Positions 39,181-52,769 of a stretch of 64,000 nucleotides of DNA are shown here, piece by piece; within the stretch, counting starts at the first letter, position 1, and each line of letters opens with the position of its first letter. The stretch is from Octopus sinensis (taxonomy: Eukaryota). The translations under genes were made by a program, and so were the position numbers. The notes under the pieces are model-generated. The model saw only the letters and a program-made list of their open reading frames with translations. It searched no databases and had not been told where the DNA came from. Location: positions 17,174,001-17,238,000 of the forward strand of contig NC_043016.1 of assembly GCF_006345805.1 (NCBI RefSeq), in the 5' to 3' direction.

Positions 39181-41270
39181 GAAGTAACGGGGGAGCTTTG
39201 GAAAGAAATCTTTGGGAGGTCTGCAACTACTTGAACCCTTTCTTCCTTAACTTGCTAAAAGATTAAACACAAACAAATGTAGCTTAATCGTGTAGTATAA
39301 CACGAAGACACCGTGTCCCTAACAAATATTATTGTACATAGACAAAACTCTGATGAAAGAGGAACAGGAGGAAGGGAGGGAGCGGCTGAGAAAGATCACA
39401 GAATGGAGTGGAAAGGAAGACGGCAGAGAACATGAAATTTGCTGATGATCAGGAAACAGATTTGTCGAAAGGTTGTGCCTCTTGCTGTGCACTTATGGCC
39501 TCCTCTGGCTATGGATTTAATTGATGATTGATTGCAGCATATGTTGCTGACTCAGAGGCAGGAAATATCAACAGCTGGTTTTACAAGTCATTGAATCAAC
39601 ATTTCTAGCCATGTGTAGATTTTAAAGAAATATCGAATTAGAAAAACAGACGAAATACGCATACATGCGTCATGCGCGCGCGCACACACACACATGGACG
39701 TGCAGTGTAAATATAAAAGGTTCTTTATAAACCCCTACCTTTAGTTTCTGTTTAGCGAAGATGAAATAAACCAGGAAGTTTTGATAAATATTTCGTTGTT
39801 AAATCCAATTATATCGTTTGTTTTTTTCGATTTCTTTTCGCTTTCCCGTCTTATATTGATTTTTCTGTTTTCTAATTGTTTCTTTTCTTTCGAAAAAATA
39901 GCTTTTCCTTCTTGACTCTTTCTAAGGTATTCATGAACTCGAGAGGGTACCGCTCAAAAAAGAATATGGTCGACACGTAAAATACAATTAAATCAAATAA
40001 GATAAATATAAATAAAAATATATAATGCCACAGCATGGCCGCAGCCTTTGGGCTGAAACGCATAAAGTAATAAAAACAAGAACGAGGTGTCTTCGGAAAC
40101 TAGAAAATCGTTATAAAATATCTCATACAATTATAAAACGATTTAAAAGGTTTATAAAGGATAATTTATACAAACAGAACTACCCCTCCCCACACATGCA
40201 TACACAAAGTCGAAAAACAAAACAAAAGCGAAAGAACAACCAAAAAAATCTTTGTTGTCGTGGAAACCAACAAATATAAAAGAAATTCTTTGATAATGGA
40301 AACTATTTGCAGTAACTTTTAAAATAAATTCAAATCTAAGCTGAAAATGAAGTGAATGTGTTAGTGGCTTACCATCCTAATTATATTTAAGCACAACTTT
40401 TAACCTTTTTAGATATTCCCATCTAAACAGTTCCTTGACGCTACTTTATCTTATCCTGATCTGCTAAACTGACATAATTATAGCTTTCTGCTTTATGATT
40501 TCCTCTTTTCGTTATTAAATCTGCAGCGGGTTTAATACAAAACCCATTATCTTCATTATTTAATCTATGTGTTAGTGATTTAAAATGTGTGTTTGAGCTT
40601 AGTTCTTCACGAACAGTTTCACGCCATCTATAAACAGAAAATAACTTACTTAATGCACCCCGTTTTCCATAATGTACTTATCCTTTACTACACAGGAAGA
40701 AAATAAAAAGCCGTGCTGAAGGCAAATAAAAAACAAAACAAAAATGAATAAATAAAATGAAATAAAAAAAAGAAAAAAGGCCGAGAAAGAGCAAAGTATT
40801 AACCTGAAATATCCCCATTATTGACCTCAATACTTCGTCTACTCCTTCACCAAAACAACAGTATAATATTTAGTTCCGCCTTTTTACTTCCCGAGTAGAA
40901 ACTCTGCCGGTTCTTTATTTTATTAAGAGATAAGCGAGTACATTGTCTATAGTTTGCGATACGTGGCGTCACTTATTACGAATCTGTAATCTTTGTAGTA
41001 AAATTAGATAAAACATTTAGAAAGTTACTGAAAGCTGAATGCATCATTTCCAGCATAAATAGTCTTCAGGGCACGGAATAAGGAATTACTGAAAACTGAT
41101 ATGGCTTTATTTTCAGTGGATAATGCAAGTCTTTTAAAGGAGATATTAAATGGGAATATTTTAATTGCACTTAGGAATTAATGAAAAAAAGGGTAAAAGT
41201 ATCAGTAGGTTTACAATTATTGACGAAATTATGAGAGTAGCTTTCAACCCTTTAATACATTTGTCTAACT

Positions 41271-41721
41271 CAGTGGTTCTTAACCGGGATTCGTGTGGCC
41301 CCTGGGGGTCCATACAAGATTTTTTTGGGGTCCACGAAACAAAATAGTAAATTGGGGATCCACAGTAGTATTTGAAGGGCCCCTGAAAAATTTTTATTTT
41401 AGATGTAAGTAATTGGTATGTATTACAAGAAACAGCTAGGTTTCCCTTTTTAACAATTTACATAGTTAAACCGGCAGAGATAAAAAAAATACGTAGACCA
41501 CCCGTTTTCGGCGTTACAAAACCCCTAATCCTAACCCTAAACATTGGGTGTACGTATTCTTTACTTTCGCCAGTTGAACCTATAAAAGTTCATGTACGGA
41601 AAACAAAATACGAATCTGAAAAGAAGTTTCCATAAAATATCGAATGGCTATGGAGGTCCACCAGAATAAAATGGTAATCAGAGGGGTCCATAGATAAAAA
41701 AAAAATGATTGAGAACCTGTG
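41271..41721. mobile_element. Older hAT (Charlie-like) MITE with a nested mini-element
   Basis: Termini CAGTGGTTCTTAACC ... GATTGAGAACCTGTG; internal GGGGTCCA repeats; TSD degenerate. Confidence 0.65.
41463..41582. mobile_element. Nested ~120-bp element with imperfect ~37-bp inverted ends
   Basis: TAGTTAAACCGGCAGAGATAAAAAAAATACGTAGACC vs the reverse complement of GGGTGTACGTATTCTTTACTTTCGCCAGTTGAACCTA; core contains CCCTAATCCTAACCCTAA. Confidence 0.5.
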
Positions 41722-41909
41722 GTCAATCGTCAGGTAGCGATAAAACTACAACACTGTCACTGTTGTCTGATCTTAAGGTGTCAGTGACATTTTGTTGCTT
41801 TTGGAGACAGATGACTTCAAAGTCTACATTGGCGGCAGAAACAAGCAAGCACAAGAGCAAGTGTGATAACTTATCTACTTATGGTTTTCATAGCCATATC
41901 TTTTACCTT

Positions 41910-42213
41910 TTACTTGTTTCAGTCACTGGACTGCAGTCATGCTGGAACACAACTTTAAGTTTTAGTCGAACGAATAGACTGCGGTACTTTACACTTTTTA
42001 ATGAATATTACTTATACGTGGTCCAGCATGGCCGCAGTCAAATGACTGAAACAAGTAAAGGAATAAAAGAATACCATCACTCTCTTTTGCCAAACCGCAA
42101 AATTACGAAGACGTAAAAAAAACTGAACACCAATGACCAAGCAGTGGGGGACTGGGACACTCACATATGCACACAAACAGAACATACACTATGAATGAGT
42201 GACCGATGTTTGT

Positions 42214-42272
<59 letters not shown>

Positions 42273-42650
42273 CACACGAGTGAGTGGACAAACGAAAGAA
42301 AAAGACATGGTAGGAGTTACATATATCATTATTTAAAACAGATCGACTCGGTTCCAGCAGCTTAAAGTTTCGCAGGCCCCTTTACAGAAACCTTCAAACA
42401 GTTGGTAATCATCTGAGCAAGATCGAGCTAGGTCTCTGTAAGAATCCTGCGTAACTCTAAGTCGCATAAAGCCGAATTAAACCGTCTTAAATAATAGTCC
42501 CCGTAACGTAGCGGTTCAGTAAAAGAGACCAATAGAATAAGTACTAGGTTTAGAAAAAACAAGTTCTGGGGTCGATTTGTTTGACTAAAAACCATCCAAG
42601 GCGGTTCTCCAGGATAGCCGCAGCCAAATGAATGAATGAAGTAAAAGGAT
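41910..42650. mobile_element. Cluster of SINE A fragments in both orientations
   Basis: Tail fragments at 41910-42000 (-), 42015-42070 (+) and 42495-42650 (+), plus a middle fragment with (CA)n. Confidence 0.7.
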
Positions 42651-44626
42651 AAACGAAGAGAAAAAAGAAAATATATTCACACGACTGGAGATATATTAAT
42701 TGTTTTACACAAATTAAGAACATTTATCTGATATCAGCTTTTACTCCTTGTGATATATGGCTACTCATATATAAACATGGGCTGAGACTGCAGGCTCCAC
42801 AGTGATTTCGATTTATGAACAGACGAGTCATGTTTCACGTGGTATGTCTTCGCGTACTCATTACGTTGACCGAAATAATGCAAACCCAGACCAAGAGAAA
42901 CCAAAGAGCCTTGCTGATGATTAACAAATCGAGAACTTACTAAATTACGGAGATGTACTTGTATAGCAAGTGACTTGATCTGAGATCGTGTGATGAAACA
43001 AAAACAATTGCAGCGTGGAAGATATTTGTAAGCTATTCGAGAACACACACAGACAAAAAAAAAAAAGTTAGTTTCACTTCAACATTTAATTTTTATTTGT
43101 GTCAAAATATGTTCGTCGCCTTGAATCCGCGACCTGTTCACTGACAAAATTTGATGCAGTGCCAATTTTTGTCGCGGTTTCAAAACGACGAAAATATTTT
43201 GATACAAATGAAAATTAAATTTTGAAGTGAAACTAACCGTTTTTCGGTGTTATTGAATGGCTTCCAAATATCTTCCGTACTGGAACTTACAAAAGTTTTA
43301 CATAGAATTAAACTACATTGATATGTAAAGGTAAATTATTTTCTTACAGCTTACCTTTCAGTAACGACGACTTTATCAGACGTTTTACTTCTTGACCCAT
43401 AAAACATCTATTGCCAACATGACATCGGCATAAAAACGGTTACATCCAGTAATCTATTCCGAGCTGTCTTCTTGTCTGTTGATCAACTGATATGTCGTCT
43501 GCTCTTTCCATTTGTTCACGTTATGCAGTGTTTTCTGCGCTTCGTATCATTACGAGATTATTTTGTCACATACTGTTTCCTTTTCCTTAATATTTCTTTT
43601 AAATATATTTAATAATTAATAAAATAACTAACAAAAAAAAAACATTTAAACTACAACTAATGCATAATAAATGTTAGGTAATAGACATCTCTCAAAGGAT
43701 ATGCGTACATATTTTATACATACATACATAAACATATGCATGCATGTGTGAGTGTGTGTTTGCATGTATGAATATATAGCAGGGATCGAACCCGGATCTC
43801 TATATCCAAAGAAAAAGAAAACAACAAATAACAGCAACTGAAAATATGATCGCGATTCACTACAATATTACCAACGTCTTGAAAACGTCGGACCATTCAA
43901 GACTCCACGTGCTGTCGGATCTGACAACAATTTCATCTTTAGTGTGTTTTTCTGAGCATGATCACCACTATATATCCAGCGCGTTTTAGCCGTTACCGAC
44001 AACAAAAGATGGACGGCAGACATCAGACTAGACACAAAAGTCGGCAGTCAGTAGTTGAAGAAGCATCTGGCTTGAGTGCTGTCACAACAAAAAAATACAA
44101 TGGAAAGTTTTTTAAAAGAATTTTTGCAAAGTAATCAATTACAAGGAGCATTTTCCTTGTTTCTGCCTGTCTCTGTCTCTCTTGTTTACTCTTGTGGGTT
44201 CGAGATCGTTGTGAATTCTTGGTAGGGAATAAGTCCCTACAAGTGGGTGCTGAAAAGCTCCTGGTTTTGGGTAAAAGAAAATACAGGAAGATCAGTTAAT
44301 TATGATTTTATTCAGCATATTCCCATCTCAGAATCACACAGTTATTGCAACAGTCCTTCAGTTTTTCTAAGCCCTTTAAAAAGAACTCGGAAAGTTTGGC
44401 TTCCAACCTGGCCTTTCCCGATACCCTTAATGCCAGGAACTCTTCAGCACTCCACCACCTCGAAGGTATGAGAACGTGTGCACGATGCTGTGTCTTTCAT
44501 ATTCACGAACAGTTTGAAGTTAAAAACGTTTATAGTTTAAGGAAATGCGAGGCCATCTGGACTCGCTATTACTTTTGAAGTGAAGTTTTGATCATACAAA
44601 AGCGGAGTCTTTAGATGGAAGATTTC

Positions 44627-44672
<46 letters not shown>

Positions 44673-45170
44673 TATATCTATATGTATGTATGTATGTATG
44701 TATCTATGCATGTATGTATGTATGTATGTATGTATGTATGTATGTATGTATTATGTATGCATGTACGTATGTATGTATGTATGCATGTATGCATGTATGT
44801 ATGTATGTATGTATGTATGTATGGCAAGCTTTCTATGGTTGCACAGTGTGTTGTCCCTAGCTTTTAATACATAACACATTTATGCCGTACAGTTAAATTC
44901 CCTCGCGTATTCTGGTCTAGCGTTCATTTTTAACCGCGCTCGCATGGATCAGGCGTTGAAAGTTCCCATACACAGATTAATTTTCACGCAAGACTAGAAA
45001 CGAATATGCTCATTTACAACCCTCACGTGATGTCAAGACAAGGGTATAGACCGACACATACGTGGTATATATATGTGTGTGTGTGTGTGTGTGTGCGTAT
45101 ATATATATTTGTATGTGTGCATATGTGTGTGTTATATGCGTATGTGTGTATATGTATATATGCGCCGCTC

Positions 45171-45238
<68 letters not shown>

Positions 45239-45254
45239 CATACATATATAATGT

Positions 45255-45411
45255 ATAAGAAGCTTGCTTCCAAGCACATGGTTCCGGGTTCAGTCCCACT
45301 ACGTGGCACGTTGGCCAGTTGTCTTCTACTATAGCCTTGAGCCGACTAAAGCATTGTGAGTGGATTTGGGAGACGGAACTGAAAGAGCCCGTCGTATATA
45401 CATATATATAT

Positions 45412-45453
<42 letters not shown>

Positions 45454-45680
45454 TATATATATAATATATATATATATATATGTCTATGTTTGCCCCGGCC
45501 GTCGCTTGACACCGATGTCGGTGTATTTATGTCCCCATAACTTAGTGCGGCATAAGAGACCGATAGAATAAGTATTAGGCTTACAAATAATAAATCCTGG
45601 GGTCGATTTCTTCGGCTAAAACCCTTTAAGGCGGTGCTCCAACATGGTCGCAGTCAAATGACTGAAGAAGTAAAAGAATA
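45255..45680 (+). mobile_element. SINE A
   Basis: Head, (TA)n centre, tail. Confidence 0.85.
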
Positions 45681-46375
45681 AAAAAACTACACACCACACA
45701 CACACACACAACAGACTTCTTTTAGTTTTCATCTATCAAATCCTGTAACATCTGTGGGAAGGACATGAACAAGGAAGGGATTTCAGAGGGTCGGCGTCAT
45801 GTGGAGAAGGACTGGGCGTTGTGATTGATGCAGTACCCGGGGGATGGGTGGGGTTGGACAAAATAAGGTTAAAGAGAGCAAGGGAGCGAGTGGTTTGGGA
45901 ATGCCTGAGAGGAGAAAGGTGGCACGATCCCAGTTAATTCTGAGGAACAATGACTGTTATAGTAGTGATAGAAGACCGAGACAGGAGGCGTCACACCCGT
46001 GGACCAGAGCTTGGAGCATGTCCGTATGATGTATGCATCAATATGTTAGTTTCTCTCTCTCTCTCTCTCTCACTATATACATACGCACATAAATACATAC
46101 GTGTGTGTGTGTGTGTGTGTGTAATCTCGTGTGTCAGTTCGATGTGCGGCTGCTACTGTTGCGCTCCACGTAAAAAGACCTCTGTGCGGGCTCACAATCT
46201 GCTAAATATAGCAGCAAACATTTCTGAAATGGTACTATACCCTTCTTAAATTATGGAATGAGTGAAAATGTAGTTTTGTTTATAAAACCAGACGAGATTG
46301 TATACACCCTAACACATAATATGAATACATATATACAAACTCATACATGTATAATGTGCATTTCTTTCATTACAG

Positions 46376-46515
46376 GTGAACAATAATGGTCACCTGACAT
46401 TTGAAACGGAGCTGCCGAATTACCAGTCTATGTTAATTATACCATCTGGATTTAAAATGATCGCACCTTTCCTAGCCGATGTTGATACTTCGAGAACTGG
46501 AAGAGTCTATTACCG
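46376..46515 (+). CDS. Internal coding exon of a NIDO-domain extracellular matrix protein (nidogen/SNED1/alpha-tectorin-like)
   Basis: Polypyrimidine acceptor tttctttcattacag| and donor |gtaagt. The 140 nt (phase 0 to 2) translate without stops to VNNNGHLTFETELPNYQSMLIIPSGFKMIAPFLADVDTSRTGRVYY(R), matching the NIDO motifs VNxNG..F and IAPF.ADVD...G.VYYR. Too short to appear in the ORF track. Confidence 0.85.
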
Positions 46516-48222
46516 GTAAGTACCATAATATCAATAACAATTATTCCTCTTATAATAGACAAGGTCAATGGATGCAAGAGACTACAAAAGTAAATGACAG
46601 CACGATGTAAATATGATGGGGAACAACTGAAAACACGCAAAATAAAAGGTGACGTAAAACAATTCGTATGTACGAAGTCGTAAACCTTACTTTGCTTTGA
46701 CTACCAAAAACCTTAGCCTCGTCTCCCAGCTTTGACTATCAAAAACCAAGTCCCCTCAGTTATGATCTCTAGTCTTACAGTCATATAACAGAAGAGACTT
46801 GTTCAACCAAGCTATACTTGTCATTCCAACCCATCATTCAGTGAATGTATTGGAGGACTTCCTTCTCCGCCCTTACCTTTCTTTTCCAGAGTTACTTGAA
46901 GCTGATGAGGCTTTGCTGGAAGACGAAAAATCTTGTGTCAGTTCTTACCATCTTCTCCAACATATTACCCCTTTCGCTGAGGATCATAATAATAAACTCA
47001 ATTGATATTCGGTTCCTCCTAAATGCCAACAGCTGTGCCACATCACTTTACAAATCAGCCGTGTTCATTCATTCCATGCTTTCGTAGCTTTCCGTTTATG
47101 CTCCAGCAGAAACACAATTACCCTTCTTATAGGATCCAAGAGATGTCGTTTCGCAGACCGCATTGCCGAACGGTGGAGAATCGTCAGTGGTTGGCAGCGT
47201 TCCCGATAGCAGAGAGCCTGTCTTGATCTACGCTTGATCCATGACCGCAGTTACATCAAAGGGTGGAGCTGCGGAAAGACGTACCTGAGTAAAGGCGACT
47301 ACACCTGTTTATTGCGTAAGAATCTCTGTAAATGTTGGTAGATGTCGGGCATCTGACCTGAGGATCCTTCTCGACTCTTCCATTGGAAGCGATTATTATT
47401 AGTTCTGGATTTAATTCAATATTTACATTTTGAAATCTTTCAGATCTACTTCATGATTTTTGTATTTTTTTTTTATTGTATTAAGGAATCGAAATGTTTA
47501 TTTGAAGAAATACATTTTCATTTGAGGCTTTGATGATAATATCTGGGAGGTTTGTTTTGATTTCCTCAGTTCGGACATACATGACCCAGATTGTCGAAGC
47601 CAGGTCGTTATTGCATACTAAATTTGGTACTTACACTCTTATATAATTTCCTCTCAGTTTTTAAGTTGAAAGGTCGGCATATTGCCAATACATATATCTA
47701 CCAATCGTGTCATGTAAATGTATATATATTCTGACACTACAATGTCTAGACAACCACAAATGACGTTGCCAGTCGTTTTTTTATCACCACATATTTAACA
47801 GTAGATGTTATCCTTTTATTTCATTATTCAGCTTTCGTATTTTTGTGTGACTAGACAGTTATTACTTTTCTGAGTTTTTTTTTTAAGACTTTATTTCAGA
47901 GTTTTTTTTAAAAGACATTATTGGTTTTTGTTTTCACTTACTTTTCTACTCTGTTGAGTTTATTATATTTGTCAACCGTTTTATTTTCGAAATGTGCTTA
48001 ACCAGAGCTGCTTTTCTGCTTTGAATACATGCAAAGTTTTGTTTTGTATTTGTGTGTGTTTTACGTAAAATACGTATAGGGTGTTGTACTGCCATTCTCT
48101 TATTCTCGTATATGTATACATACCAGAATAAGAAATTCTGGTTACCATTATCTCCAGTTCAATAAATGTAATTAATGAGAGAGACGGAGGAAGGAAGATA
48201 CAATAAGATCTATTAACTATTA

Positions 48223-48265
<43 letters not shown>

Positions 48266-48904
48266 CATTTTAATTTCTTGAAATTATTTCTACATCCCTG
48301 CATCTGCCTATTATTTCCGGAACGTTATATTCAGATATACTTCCTGGTTTTTATATTTAGACATATTTTCAAACATTTCTACGGGAATTTATAGTCTTTA
48401 AAGATTTGTACGTGACTTTTCGTTGTGTTGTGTTTAGCAGCTATTTGAAGGAAAATGGCAGTATTTATTCTGTCATGCATATATATAACATTGCCACTAT
48501 TAATACCCTGTTAAAGATGCACGTATACAACGCTGAATCCTTAAAAAACAGTAGATCTGTCCCTTCTTTTTTCTTCTTTTTAACTGTATGGTTAATGTTT
48601 TCTGAAAAATATGAGCAATTTCCGCGAGAGATATTTTCTGAACTTCATCTGTGATAAATATTTCTGTGGTTCGCAATTCCTAACTATGACTATTACCACT
48701 ATTGCAATATCCAGGTTTTTATGATTAGTAAGTTCTTCAAATTCTTTCACCGAAATGTTTTGTCATTTGGACTGTCCTTATCAATTAAAAAAACACATGA
48801 TGCGGCTCTGTTGTCTTTAATGATGTCTGGTCGGTTTGCTCTTATTTCTTTGTTCTATGTATTTGCATATCCCAGGAAATTTTCCTTTCCTCCACATAGG
48901 CGCA

Positions 48905-49290
48905 GGAGTGGCTGTGTGGTAAGTAGCTTGCTAACCAACCACATGGTTTCGGGTTCAGTCCCACTGCGTGACATCTTGGGCAAGTGTCTTCTGCTATAGC
49001 CCCGGGCCGACCGATGCTATGTGAGTGGATTTGGTAGACGGAAACTGAAAGAAGCCTGTCATATATGTATATATATGTATATATGTATGTGTGTTTGTGT
49101 GTCTGTGTTTGTCCCCTTAGCATTGCTTGACAACCGATGCTGGTGTGTTTACGTCCCCGTAACATAGCGGTTCGGCAAAAGAGACCGATAGAATAAGTAC
49201 TGGGCTTACAAAGAATAAGTCCCGGGGTCGATTTGCTCGACTAAAGGCGGTGCTCCAGCATGGCCGTAGTCAAATGACTGAAACAAGTAA
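48905..49290 (+). mobile_element. tRNA-derived SINE family A, full-length reference copy
   Basis: A-box TGGCTGTGTGGT, B-box-like GGGTTCAGTCCC, TTGGGCAAGTGTCTT segment, central (TA)/(TG) microsatellite, tail ...GGCGGTGCTCCAGCATGGCCGTAGTCAAATGACTGAAACAAGTAAA. Dispersed homologues throughout the window. Confidence 0.9.
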
Positions 49291-49329
49291 ATGAGTAAAA
49301 GAGTATAATCTCTGTGACGCTTTTATATA

Positions 49330-50930
49330 ATTTTCATCCAACGGTTGGTGACTTCCATTTCCTTGTATATCTTCCAAAGAACGTATGTAGCAATCATGTC
49401 ATGTGTTCTGATATATTCTGCCGTGTACAGTGCAGGGAACCTAGCTAGTATGTGTCTGATGCTCTCGCCGGTTTGACCAATTAAAGGCATTCGAGCTTGC
49501 TATTCTGTTTCTGAATACATCTCTGGCAATGTCTAGTTTGGCGATGTTAATCTGCATATGCAATTACCAATCGCTTACCTTTTCTTGCCCTTTAGTCGGT
49601 TGGGTGTTGTATTAAACTCCTGCAGTATTCATTTTTCCAATTTCTTTCGTCTTTTAATTCTTTAACTCATTTGCTGTTTCTCACCCTTTTCTAGAATATA
49701 AGCGTATTTAGTGTTTGTGTTTTTTGACGAATAAATCGGCAAAGAACCGTTTTAATGATTTCTGTGTTTCACTGTAAATGTCGCCTTTTGTTTTTGCAAT
49801 GTTAACAAAATCTTGTAGCAGAAAAATGCTGTATTTTTCTTAGAGGTGTGTATGTACTCACATTGTAATTGACTATTCCATCTCAAATTATAGGAGGCTT
49901 CTTCTTGTTTTTCTATTCCACATCAAAGCTGTAAGCTTTATCTTTTCGCCGGATTCTTCCGTTTTATTTTGCGAATTGCGTTCACTTTTCAGGATATTTT
50001 ATGAGATTCGTTCCTTTCGGATTAGTTTATCCACTCAAACATGCTGAACCTATTCACCTTCGGTGATACACACGCACACACGTAGGCAAGAACCTGATCA
50101 TTGTTTCTCCGAGCTTTTGCTTATTCCCTACACAGTTTAGATTTGAACTTAATAGAAAAAGAGGCTGACGAAAGAAAAGAGGTAAAAACAAACCCGGAAA
50201 TATTGCCATTTTTATAGGAACTTTGTCAGGTTGTAGGAGACCGTCCTTATGATTTATTACAATATTTCTTTTATATTTTGGTATGCTACTTTCAATTGAC
50301 GTAAGGATCCATGAATGCAGTACATTTTCATAGTTTTTTCTTTTTCTGGTGTATCCGGGAAGTATAGACATTCCTTTTGTTTTTGCATATATTCTAGTGT
50401 AACCCTCTTTATCATTACAGGTTTATAAGTCTTCTCTGCAACTCTTCATATGGAAGTTTGTTGATATATCTTCTTACTTAATGGTGTCTATCTTAGAATT
50501 TTGAGGAAGTTAGAAAAACATGTATTTGGCACGCATCTAGTTTTACGACCATTCATTCGTCTCTGTGGATTTTGGTAATAGGATTGGTTTTTATTGCGTC
50601 AGCCAATCTTTTTCTTTTCTTTGTGCTAGGATGGGCACTATATTACATTATTTAAGCATTTGGCCATATTTGCCTATGTAGAAATTGCAAAGTTTATCCA
50701 GTCTTGATGGTTTCTACTTCCCCCACGAGGGCTTTCTTTATAAGGCATTTCAATCTTTCGTAGTGCCACATGATTTAAATCTTCGCTTGTTCAAGGGTTT
50801 GATTCATTCTATTTGAATTCCCTGTAAAGGGTTTTAGTTTGACTACTAGAAACATTTTATGTTTAAATTGCTTAATTCGTTTCTCAAACCTCTGTGTTCT
50901 TCAACTTCCATCTGTTGAGTGATGGTTTCT
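49330..50930 (-). mobile_element. Old R4/Dong-like LINE (RT to CCHC knuckle), degraded
   Basis: Minus remnants: ..VLHSWIL (VPHSWI-like), AIFPG..L.PL.F (GIFQGD.LSPL.F-like), and GESIRHILA...EYIRTHDMIA..LW (CCHC/RHD region). Confidence 0.7.
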
Positions 50931-50943
50931 TTTATGACTTTAA

Positions 50944-51136
50944 CCCTTTCGTTACCAGATTTCTATTTTTAAATATAACAAAGAATTTAGTAAAATAACT
51001 AGTTATCATTCAGCTAGTGTTAGGAACATAAATTGTGACTAAGGTTTGGTGGAAGATTTTAATTCAGAACTTTTGAAAACAAGACATTTGTAATACAGAG
51101 ACAGAAGTGATTTCAGTCGCATTGGTATGGAAAGGG
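50944..51136. mobile_element. piggyBac-like MITE
   Basis: TTAA on both sides; TIR CCCTTTCGTTACC / GGTATGGAAAGGG (2 mismatches). Confidence 0.8.
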
Positions 51137-51464
51137 TTAAACTTTTTCGAGCGGCAACATTTTCGTGTTCTTGTTATGAGTATCGCTTATCCTATTTTGA
51201 TTGCTGCAACCGATGTCACGTACAATGTTTGCTTAACGATCGTTATTTCGTAATTTGTTTGCTTTCTAATAATTTCAGTTGCATGGTAAGTCGTCTGACT
51301 TGGGATCTGCCTTTTAAAATTATGTATTACATTTTGCTGGTTCGAAGTATTCATTTAATATGTGTCAATTCTGTGTTATTACATTTACTCTGTATATTAA
51401 GTTACTTCATTTATTTATTTATTCCAGTAGAAATCGCAATTTCCTATTATTATTATTTCTTGGC

Positions 51465-52395
51465 AGTTACGCGGCGAGCTGGCAGAATCGTTAGGACGTC
51501 AGGCAAAAGGCTTAACGACATTTCGTCCGTCTTTACATTCTGAGTTCAAATGCCGCCGGGGTCGACTTTGCCTTTCGTCTTAACGAGATCGACAAAATAA
51601 TTACCAGTGAAACACTGGAGTTGATGTAATCGATATATCACTCCTTCGAAATTGCTGGTTTTATACCAAAATTTGAAACCATTCTTTGGTAGTGTCACAT
51701 TGGCGTTTCCCCTTAGGTTTGTTTAATCTTTGTTAGGTTAAAAGATATGCTGTGTTCTATTCAGCCTTGATTTATGTGAGGTGTGTTATGTAGTGCAAAC
51801 GATTGTACATCACTATTGTGTTTAATTCTTTTTTCACATTCGGTTAAATTAATTTGGTTGTTAGTGTTTTAATCAACCAAATATGTATGATAATATTATT
51901 TTCATTGAGGGCGATATGCTTAACAGTATTTCGTCTGTCATTACGTTCTGAGTTCAAACTCCGCCGAGGTCGACTTTACCTTTTATCCTTTCGTGGTCGA
52001 TAAATTAAGTACCAGTTGCGTACTGGGGTCGATCTAATCGACTGGCCCCCTCCCCCAAAATTTCGGGCCTTGTGCCTAGAGTAGAAAAGAATATTATTTT
52101 CATAGAAGGACAAATCTCGAGATCGGTTTTTCCTCAAATTTGGTGAAGTCGATTATAGGACAGGTTTAATTTAAATTAGGCGGTGAGCTAGCAGAATTGT
52201 TAACACGCCGGACGAAATGTTTCGCGGCATTTCGACCGTTTTCACGTTATAAGTTCAAATGGTACCGAGGTCGACTTGGCCTTTCATCTTTTCGAGGTTG
52301 ATAAATAAAGTACCATTTGAGTAGCGGGGGTTAATGTAATTGACATACCCACTTCTCTGAAATTGCAGGCCTTGTGCCAAAATTTCAAATCAATA
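51465..52395 (+). mobile_element. Three same-orientation SINE B copies (51465-51680, 51905-52095, 52180-52395)
   Basis: Repeated head, core and tail motifs. Confidence 0.85.
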
Positions 52396-52769
52396 TGATC
52401 TTCATTTAAGAACAAATCTCCGGATCGATTTTCCTTCAAATTTGGTAAATCAATTACGTGACATCTTTAGTTTGACGCGATAAAGTAGGCTTTTATAAAC
52501 TTCAAGTCCAGTTCGTTTCTGCCCAACGCGTTTGTTTGTTATTTTAACTTAATTTATGTTCGGTTATGATATTCCATTTGGTTAAGTCTGTTGGATCGTT
52601 TATTCTTTGGTTCTGAAAATTTTAGGAATCTCGTTGCCATAACATTTGATACAAAAATATACCCAAAAAGTTTATAATATTGTAGATTATTATCTCTGGA
52701 ATACACTGGCTGAGAACTGCGGGACTCAAAGGTGGGATCTTTTATCTTCGATCTTTTACTAGTTTCGAT

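Noticed and set aside
39442-39466. CTGATGA-tcag-GAAAC-agattt-GTC perfect hammerhead core words
   Set aside because: No stem I, II or III pairing; the CTGATGA overlaps a KFADD codon string of a probable RTE RT relic.
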